Below, in pieces: positions 8,542 through 14,562 of a DNA stretch of 64,000 nt; positions within the stretch are counted from its first letter, which is position 1; each line of letters starts with the position of its first letter. Under the pieces are notes generated by a model, which saw only the letters and a program-made list of their open reading frames with translations, did no database searches and was not told the origin of the DNA. The position numbers and the translations under genes were made by a program. The DNA lies in the IMG/VR virus record IMGVR_UViG_3300021256_000100, positions 4,177-68,176 of that record; one strand, written 5' to 3'. This DNA comes from a virus. Taxonomy: Duplodnaviria; Caudoviricetes.

Positions 8542-8883
8542 TTAGGCAAGGCGATAAGCCTTGACCTTTCCACGCTTCGGAACCTTGACCTCTTCAGAGG
8601 TAAGCACTCCATCCTCAACCAACTGACGGCAGAGAGCAGAAGCTTTCTGAGTGGTGATTTCGCAACCAGTTGCGATGTCAGCCGCAACCGCATTGGCATT
8701 TTCGGTAAGGAAAGCAACGATAGCTTCCTTGATAGGAGCATTGGCGAGAGCCACCTTAGAAGGCTTCGAGGAACGAGCCTCATTACGCTTGTCAAGCTTG
8801 GCGATAGCTTCCTGAGCGAAAGCAGTCAGTTCGTCAGAAACATTAGCGGATACGATAGCGTTGAAGAATTCACGATTGGTCAT
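8542..8883 (-). CDS. Putative winged-helix DNA-binding protein (paralog of 3820-4176)
   Basis: MTNREF N-terminus; ADIATGCEITTQKASALCRQLVEDG resembles an HTH followed by a wing. Confidence 0.65.
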   Translation of the reverse strand: MTNREFFNAIVSANVSDELTAFAQEAIAKLDKRNEARSSKPSKVALANAPIKEAIVAFLTENANAVAADIATGCEITTQKASALCRQLVEDGVLTSEEVKVPKRGKVKAYRLA

Positions 8884-9169
8884 TTTGAACCTCTTTCTAT
8901 CCACACTATGCAGTGGACGCAAAGTTTTTTATTTACAGAGGGGAGTTACTTTTCTCAACCCTTACTGTACTTATATTGTAGCACACTCTTTCGAGTTTGT
9001 CAAGCACTTTTTTCAACTTTTTTTAATTTTTTTTGCTTGACCTTGGTGGGGTGCTTTCCCTTGGAACAATTATATAATACCACAGACTGCCCCAAATGTC
9101 AACACTTTTTTTGAAAAAAATAAAAAAATTTTGAGTTAGTCGGCGCTAACCGCGCCCGGGCACTTGGCG

Positions 9170-9397
9170 TTAATCTTTAAAGATTAACGCTATTGTTTCA
9201 GGTAAAGTACGTTTAGGAATGAAAAGATCCGAATGGACATACCAGTGAAACATTAACTCACCTGTACCTGCATCAGTTATAGTTACGTCTGGGAAAGTGT
9301 CTATTAAAGCAGGCACAACTTCGAGAGAAGATTCATCTTCGGCCTCGAAGTGAATTTCAAAGTTATCATTTTTTACATCTACTAAATAAGTTTTCAT
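9170..9397 (-). CDS. Small acidic hypothetical protein
   Basis: Own promoter; DAxTGE motif shared with 10709-10891. Confidence 0.65.
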   Translation of the reverse strand: MKTYLVDVKNDNFEIHFEAEDESSLEVVPALIDTFPDVTITDAGTGELMFHWYVHSDLFIPKRTLPETIALIFKD

Positions 9398-9490
9398 TTT
9401 TTTACTTCCTTTCTTTTGATAGTCTAATTATACTATATCCCCTATAAAAAGTCAATACCTTTTTAAAATTTTCCAGACTTTCTGCACCGA

Positions 9491-9922
9491 TTAGAGTCGG
9501 CGCAGAACCTCTAAAATTTCAGTTACATTATAAGCAGTTCCATTCCAGTTATCACGATTTCTTTTTTCATCGTCAAAGAGGATTCCAGTTCTTCCAACTT
9601 CTTTGGGAGTGCCATAAGCAATGATATCAATCCTGTCAAAGTTCACGCTTGCGAGGTGGCGATGAAGCCATTCCTTTTTAGCTTCGGTTACAAGCTTGTC
9701 ATATTCAGCGGAGCTTCCTTTTGACAGCCAGCTCACGATTCCGATTGTATATCCGTCAGCTTGCAGGCGGTTCAGCAGGCGCGCCAGCGTTGCCAGGCGG
9801 AGCAGAGGCTTCGCAACCTTATAGGGGGTGGGATCGTTAGCCATCAACATCTCAAGCCAGTTTTCAACCCCATACAAATCGGCGATTGTGCCGTCCATGT
9901 CAAACCAAATCTCTTTCATCAT
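9491..9922 (-). CDS. HAD-superfamily phosphatase (5'(3')-deoxyribonucleotidase-like)
   Basis: Motif I FDMDGTIAD, motif IV ILFDD. Confidence 0.75.
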   Translation of the reverse strand: MMKEIWFDMDGTIADLYGVENWLEMLMANDPTPYKVAKPLLRLATLARLLNRLQADGYTIGIVSWLSKGSSAEYDKLVTEAKKEWLHRHLASVNFDRIDIIAYGTPKEVGRTGILFDDEKRNRDNWNGTAYNVTEILEVLRRL

Positions 9923-10071
9923 GTTTCTTTTCCTTTCCTGTTTTCTGATATAATGATATCATACTTTTATTGATTTGTCAACCCTTTTTAGAAACTTTTT
10001 TCGGAAGCGGTCAACCCCGCGCGCCCGGGCACTTCCGGGACTCGTTCGACAAAAGAAAAACCTCGGAGTTT

Positions 10072-10554
10072 TTACGCTCCGAGATTTTTCAGAGTCCGCT
10101 CGTCTGTGAACGTTGCCTTGAGGAACTTGACCTGAAGGTGAATCTCGTTGACTACGATGTCACCGCACTCGGTGAACTTTGCGCTTTTCTTCTCGGACTG
10201 GTGTCCACCGAAGACTTCTGCGGACAGTCTCTCGAAGATTTGTCCTCGGTTCCACTTCGTGGTGCGGAACTCATTCTCGAGGTAGGTTTTGGTGCAGATG
10301 GGCTTGATAACCGAGGCGCTTTCGATGATGAGGGCGATTTGCGCTTTGTTCGGCTTGTACTTAAGCTGAATCGTTCCGCCGTTTCGGGAGCTTGCGCAAT
10401 CGAGGCAGGTGATGTAGGGGAGGATCGGTCTTGCATCTTCGACCCAGGCGCCGTAGACCATTCCGTTTGCTTCGTATCCGAAGATGTAGGAGTGGGTATA
10501 TGCAAGTTTGTTGTAGTTGGTGATGAGGTAGTTGTGAATGGCTTCGTTCTTCAT
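10072..10554 (-). CDS. Hypothetical protein, possible PD-(D/E)XK-like nuclease (QxK variant)
   Basis: NRGQIFE...GDIVVNEIHLQVK. Confidence 0.5.
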   Translation of the reverse strand: MKNEAIHNYLITNYNKLAYTHSYIFGYEANGMVYGAWVEDARPILPYITCLDCASSRNGGTIQLKYKPNKAQIALIIESASVIKPICTKTYLENEFRTTKWNRGQIFERLSAEVFGGHQSEKKSAKFTECGDIVVNEIHLQVKFLKATFTDERTLKNLGA

Positions 10555-10708
10555 TGTGTTTGTTTTCCTTTCGTTTTTGTACCTTTATTATAGCACGGGG
10601 TGGATTAGATGTCAATATCCTTGAGGGAAAAAGTTGCACAATTTTTCTATTTTGTTTTTGTGCAAAATGCCGACCGCGTGCCCGGGCAGATGCCGAGGGC
10701 GCGCCGAG

Positions 10709-10891
10709 TCAATCGACGCAGTTCTCGGCGATAACCTCCCCAGTTTCGGCGTCAATCATGACGCAATCTTTGTTAACCAGTTCGGCGAATTCGCAAGCCT
10801 TGCAAAAAGCTTCGTATGCGGCTTCGCATCCGCTAACAGTGCCAATTTCGGTCCAGAGATTTTCGGCATCCCAAAGTTCAATAGTGAACAT
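10709..10891 (-). CDS. Small acidic hypothetical protein
   Basis: Own promoter, GAGGAG RBS. Confidence 0.68.
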   Translation of the reverse strand: MFTIELWDAENLWTEIGTVSGCEAAYEAFCKACEFAELVNKDCVMIDAETGEVIAENCVD

Positions 10892-10945
10892 TTTCTTTTC
10901 TCCTCTCTTTTGATGGTTTAAGTATATCATATATTGCCGGACTTG

Positions 10946-11239
10946 TCAAGCATCTTTAAAAATTTTTTTCCATTCTTTTTCCCAATTAACACGATAACCG
11001 AGGTGGAAAGTTCCCGCTTTTTTGAAATGCTTTTTATAGATGTACTCAAAAATGTTGTTCATAAAACGGATTTCAAGTGGACTTTCTTCCCTATCATCAA
11101 CTAAAAGTCGCAGGGAATCGGGAGCATAACCGTGATTTAATGCGCTTTTTGGATTTCTAATTGCACGAGGACTGTAAAAATAGTAATAGGTGTAAAATCC
11201 GAAGTTATCCATACATTTCATTTCATAAAATCCACTCAT
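10946..11239 (-). CDS. Hypothetical protein (aromatic/basic)
   Basis: Own promoter, AAGGAG RBS. Confidence 0.65.
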   Translation of the reverse strand: MSGFYEMKCMDNFGFYTYYYFYSPRAIRNPKSALNHGYAPDSLRLLVDDREESPLEIRFMNNIFEYIYKKHFKKAGTFHLGYRVNWEKEWKKIFKDA

Positions 11240-11301
11240 TTTCTTTTCTCCTTTGCTTTTGTTGTCTTTATTATAGCATGTTATATCCGGTTTGTCAACA
11301 C

Positions 11302-11400
11302 TTATTTATCTAAAAATTTCTCAAGAATGTCAAGAAACTTTTCTTGTGCAAAAACTCCTACAATTATCAAACCAACAAAACCAATTATTCCAACTAACAT
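11302..11400 (-). CDS. 32-aa single-pass membrane peptide (not in ORF track)
   Basis: Own promoter, AAGGAG RBS; MLVGIIGFVGLIIVGVFAQEKFLDILEKFLDK. Confidence 0.6.
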   Translation of the reverse strand: MLVGIIGFVGLIIVGVFAQEKFLDILEKFLDK

Positions 11401-11529
11401 TTTCTTTTCTCCTTTGCTTTTGTTGATTATATATTATCATATTTCCCGGATTCTGTCAAGTACTTTTTCAAAATTTTTCTATTAATTTTGGGAAGCGGTC
11501 GGCGCCCGGGCAGATAGAAAAAAACGGCT

Positions 11530-11910
11530 TCAGATTTTTTCCTGAAACCATTTTCTCATTTTATTTGAGTCATTTTTAATTCTTACTTTAGATTTTCCAG
11601 TTTTGCTATCTCGATCGATGTAACTGAAGTTTTTCAGAAAATCTTCAAATTCTTCAATTGTCATTTCGTAATAGAAATTTTCGTTTGCAAATCCGAAGAT
11701 GTAACCTTTGCAATTATCTTCTTTTGCCATCGATGCTTTGGGACTTTTTACTTGCCATCCTTCAACATCTCCGCCTTCGGCGCCTGGTTTGTTATTTCTT
11801 TTGGAAGGAATTCCAGTTAATTCATATCCAACTTTCCATTCAACTTGTTCGCCTTTGTTGTAACCTTCGGGGCATTCGGGACAATTTTTTGTGAAGAATT
11901 TCTGTTTCAT
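11530..11910 (-). CDS. Small putative PD-(D/E)XK-like nuclease (paralog of 13516-13896)
   Basis: CxxC, NKGEQVE...GDVEGWQVKS. Confidence 0.5.
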   Translation of the reverse strand: MKQKFFTKNCPECPEGYNKGEQVEWKVGYELTGIPSKRNNKPGAEGGDVEGWQVKSPKASMAKEDNCKGYIFGFANENFYYEMTIEEFEDFLKNFSYIDRDSKTGKSKVRIKNDSNKMRKWFQEKI

Positions 11911-12028
11911 TTTTCTTTTTCCTTTCCTGTTTTGTAACTACATTATATCACACGATGCCCGGTCTGTCAACCCCTTTTTCTAAAAAAATAAGTTTTTTTC
12001 AAAAAAAAATAAGAGGAATATCCTCTTA

Positions 12029-12310
12029 TTATTTTTGATAGTCATGATGTATTTTTCCATCAACAACATAGGTAACATTTTCGTAACCATCATATTCATC
12101 AATTTCCCAATCTGTACAATTGTCAGGAAATTCTACAACCCGAAGTTTTGCGCAGACACCAGACATTTTTTCTGCATCTTCCTCGACCAACTTAATCAAT
12201 TTCGGGTCATTTCGGGGAACTTCTTCATAGCAAGAGGTAAGTCCCAATTTTTCTACCGCAAAATCCGAGAAACTAAAACCACCAAAGCAACGATTAAGGA
12301 CAATTTTCAT
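12029..12310 (-). CDS. Conserved phage hypothetical protein (KIVLNxCFGGF type)
   Basis: Recognisable motifs KIVLNRCFGGF, RNDPKLIKLVEE, EYDGYE. Confidence 0.72.
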   Translation of the reverse strand: MKIVLNRCFGGFSFSDFAVEKLGLTSCYEEVPRNDPKLIKLVEEDAEKMSGVCAKLRVVEFPDNCTDWEIDEYDGYENVTYVVDGKIHHDYQK

Positions 12311-12439
12311 TTTTTATCTCCTTTCATTTTCTAATAAGATTATATCATATTTTTATTTCTTTGTCAACTCTTTTTTTGGGAAGGAAGCGGTCGTCCGGGC
12401 ATTCTTCCGCTGAAAAAAGAGAGAATTTTCTCTCTTTTT

Positions 12440-12709
12440 TCAGAACTTTTTTACATTGGCAACTTCATCATCATAAATATTTAATTCAGTATGATTATTA
12501 TACATAATTAATCTAACTTTATCTCCACGCTTAAAATCTTTTCCATAAAATTCCCAACAATTCCCATTTGTATCTTTTGCGCGGACTAAATCTCCAATGA
12601 CCATGGTGACTTCCGCTTTTTCAGAATAATGCGTTTCTGCATAACCAACAGAATATACTGCAAATAATATTACACAAATAGCTATAAAATAAGTAATATA
12701 CTTTTTCAT
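12440..12709 (-). CDS. Secreted/membrane-anchored hypothetical protein
   Basis: MKK plus hydrophobic N-terminal segment; own promoter. Confidence 0.68.
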   Translation of the reverse strand: MKKYITYFIAICVILFAVYSVGYAETHYSEKAEVTMVIGDLVRAKDTNGNCWEFYGKDFKRGDKVRLIMYNNHTELNIYDDEVANVKKF

Positions 12710-12816
12710 TTCTTTTGCTCCTTCGTTTTTCTTTATTATATCATAGTTTCAAAAAGAAATCAAGCTTTCTTTTCTTTTTCGGAAGCGGTCGCGCCATTAG
12801 CTTGTTGCGCTGCTTT

Positions 12817-12978
12817 TCAGCAGCGCGCATTGCAGATAATTACTCCATCAATCTCAGTAGCTACTTGCATAGCTTTAGCTTCATCAGCATATGCTCCATA
12901 GAACCAAAGCTCTCCGTCGCACTCTGTAGCGACCATGAAGCCGTAGTCTTGCGCGTAGGTAGGCATGTTGTTAATCAT
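12817..12978 (-). CDS. 53-aa hypothetical protein (not in ORF track)
   Basis: AGGAAAGG RBS; MINNMPTYAQDYGFMVATECDGELWFYGAY... Confidence 0.65.
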   Translation of the reverse strand: MINNMPTYAQDYGFMVATECDGELWFYGAYADEAKAMQVATEIDGVIICNARC

Positions 12979-13132
12979 CGTTGTCTTTCCTTTCCTTTTG
13001 ATACATCCATTGTATCATAGCTTGAGTCCTAATAACTGGACTCCTGTCGGAAGCGGCCGCCCGGGCACTAGCTTCGCATTAGAGACCGCTTGCTAGCATA
13101 GCTAGCAGACTCTATCTTCTTCCTTTTGCTTT

Positions 13133-13178
13133 CCGTTTCGCTCTTGCTCATCAGTGTCGGACTCTTACCGACAGACGG
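13133..13178 (-). ncRNA. Type III hammerhead ribozyme HHR1
   Basis: - strand: CCGUC^UGUCGG-UAAGAGU-CCGACA-CUGAUGA-GC-AAGA-GC-GAAA-CGG; canonical core, GUC cleavage triplet. Confidence 0.9.
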
Positions 13179-13199
13179 CTTAGCTGGCTGGGAAGATTT

Positions 13200-13436
13200 T
13201 TAATCTTCCCAGACCTGATGCTCGTAATCGGTTGCAGGCTCTTCGAGGTCTTCGAAGGTCCAGACCCAAGTTTCGGTGTATTCGTGTCCGAAGGATACTT
13301 CGTATTCCCAGGCGGTCTCTTCTTCGCGGTCCCAGTCGTATTCAACGCAAACCTTCTTGACTTCGACTTCTTCCCGACCGTAGCCCATGCGCTCAGCGTA
13401 TTCGTAAACTTGCTCTAAGGTGTAGTACTCAAACAT
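13200..13436 (-). CDS. Highly acidic 78-aa protein between HHR2 and HHR1
   Basis: AAGGAG RBS; 25 D/E versus 5 K/R. Confidence 0.75.
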   Translation of the reverse strand: MFEYYTLEQVYEYAERMGYGREEVEVKKVCVEYDWDREEETAWEYEVSFGHEYTETWVWTFEDLEEPATDYEHQVWED

Positions 13437-13457
13437 TTTCTTTTCTCCTTTTCTGTG

Positions 13458-13505
13458 TGGGTTTCGCTCTTGCTCATCAGCGCCGGACTCTTACCGGCGG
13501 ACCCA
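13458..13505 (-). ncRNA. Type III hammerhead ribozyme HHR2
   Basis: - strand: UGGGUC^CGCCGG-UAAGAGU-CCGGCG-CUGAUGA-GC-AAGA-GC-GAAA-CCCA. Confidence 0.92.
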
Positions 13506-13515
13506 GGCGGGAGGC

Positions 13516-13896
13516 TCAGGCCTTCGCCTGTAGCCATTCCCTCATCTTCTTCGTATCGTTCTTGATTCGAAGCTTTGCCTTGCCTGTCTTGCTATCTTTG
13601 TCAAGGTAGCTAAACTCGGTTAAGAAGGTTTCAAACTCTTCTATTGTCATGGTGTAGAAGAAGTCTGTATCAGCAAATCCGAAGATATAGCCTTTGCAAT
13701 TGTCATTCTCTATCAAGGAAGCTTTCGGACTCTTGACCTGCCAGCCTTCGACGTCGCCGTCTTCTGAGCCCTTTCTGTTGTTAGCTTTGGCAGGTGTTCC
13801 GGTCAGTTCATAGCCAACTTTCCATTCGACTTGCTGACCCTTGTTATAGTTGGTCGGGCAGGTCGGGCAGGTGGTGGTGTAATAGCGTTTTTCCAT
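13516..13896 (-). CDS. Small putative PD-(D/E)XK-like nuclease between HHR3 and HHR2 (paralog of 11530-11910)
   Basis: AAGGA RBS, ATG 13896; CPTC, NKGQQVE...GDVEGWQVKS. Confidence 0.55.
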   Translation of the reverse strand: MEKRYYTTTCPTCPTNYNKGQQVEWKVGYELTGTPAKANNRKGSEDGDVEGWQVKSPKASLIENDNCKGYIFGFADTDFFYTMTIEEFETFLTEFSYLDKDSKTGKAKLRIKNDTKKMREWLQAKA

Positions 13897-13917
13897 CGTA
13901 GCGTTTTCCTTTCTGTT

Positions 13918-13967
13918 TTCCGTTTCGCTCTTGCTCATCGGCGTCGGACTTTTACCGACGGACGGAA
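13918..13967 (-). ncRNA. Type III hammerhead ribozyme HHR3 (U4C core variant)
   Basis: - strand: UUCCGUC^CGUCGG-UAAAAGU-CCGACG-CCGAUGA-GC-AAGA-GC-GAAA-CGGAA. Confidence 0.8.
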
Positions 13968-13972
13968 TCGGC

Positions 13973-14101
13973 TTACTTGCCGATTGCCTTTTTAATTCGA
14001 TTGAAAAGCTTTTTAGCTTCTTTGGCTTCTTTGGCTTCGTTGGCTCTTGTGTTTCTTTTGTTCCATTCTCTGATTTCTTCATAGGTTAAATTTTCGAACA
14101 T
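13973..14101 (-). CDS. 42-aa hypothetical protein, first gene of the ribozyme-punctuated transcript
   Basis: AAGGAAG RBS; promoter TTGACG-N17-TAACAT at 14155-14183. Confidence 0.6.
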   Translation of the reverse strand: MFENLTYEEIREWNKRNTRANEAKEAKEAKKLFNRIKKAIGK

Positions 14102-14384
14102 TTTGGTTACTTCCTTTCTATCTGTGTTTTTGTGTTCTCTTAAGAACTGTCTATATGTTACCATATATTTTTCATGCCGTCAATACCCTTTTTAAACTTT
14201 TTTTCGCTTTTTTCTTGCTTCTCTGTTTTGCACAATAAAACCCGTCACGGGCGGGGGTTGGTTGTGCAAAATGACGGTAGCGGAAAAGTGTGTTTTCGTT
14301 CGGTTAGCCTCGACTAACTCACAGTACGGGGGATGATTTTAGGAAATTCGATTGCATGCAATCGAACGGCCACGGGCCCTGGTA

Positions 14385-14480
14385 ACAAAATACTTCGAAA
14401 TAAAAAAACAAAATACTTCGAAATAAAAAAACAAAATACTTCGAAATAAAATTTTCATCCCCAAAACTTCGAAATTTGAC
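14385..14480. repeat. 23-bp tandem repeat ACAAAATACTTCGAAATAAAAAA, 3 copies plus a degenerate copy
   Basis: Units at 14385, 14408, 14431; partial at 14462. Confidence 0.9.
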
Positions 14481-14504
14481 TTTTACTCCAAATTCGTATA
14501 TACT
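14476..14504 (+). promoter_or_regulatory. Promoter upstream of the virion operon
   Basis: TTGACT-N17-TATACT. Confidence 0.65.
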
Positions 14505-14562
14505 AATGCCAGACAAAGAAAAAAATACGCCAGTATCGACTGGCTTCTACACGAGGCATACA

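Larger units (their letters stand above)
4699..13066. repeat. Dispersed intergenic GCCCGGGC palindromes (13 exact, 1 variant)
   Basis: Starts at 4699, 4727, 5549, 6334, 6933, 7465, 7959, 8492, 9154, 10023, 10680, 11504, 13059; variant GTCCGGGC at 12393. Confidence 0.92.
5336..14183 (-). promoter_or_regulatory. Array of about 21 near-consensus sigmaA promoters, all with 17-bp spacers
   Basis: -35 hexamers at + coordinates 5359, 5502, 6278, 6855, 7433, 7722, 7930, 8384, 8459, 8998, 9097, 9450, 9976, 10610, 10944, 11293, 11454, 11965, 12362, 12758, 14178. Confidence 0.85.

Noticed and set aside
5530-9150. Integron attC-like GTTAGGC / GTTAG..CTAAC near GCCCGGGC (5530, 9136)
   Set aside because: Arms are only about 6 nt apart, in the wrong order for attC, present in two cassettes only, and no integron integrase is in the window
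13133-13967. Three similar repeats of about 45 nt read as a CRISPR array
   Set aside because: The intervening sequences are 280-410 nt coding regions, there are no cas genes, and the repeats fold as hammerheads
14385-14480. 23-bp repeats as CRISPR
   Set aside because: Head-to-tail tandem copies with no spacers
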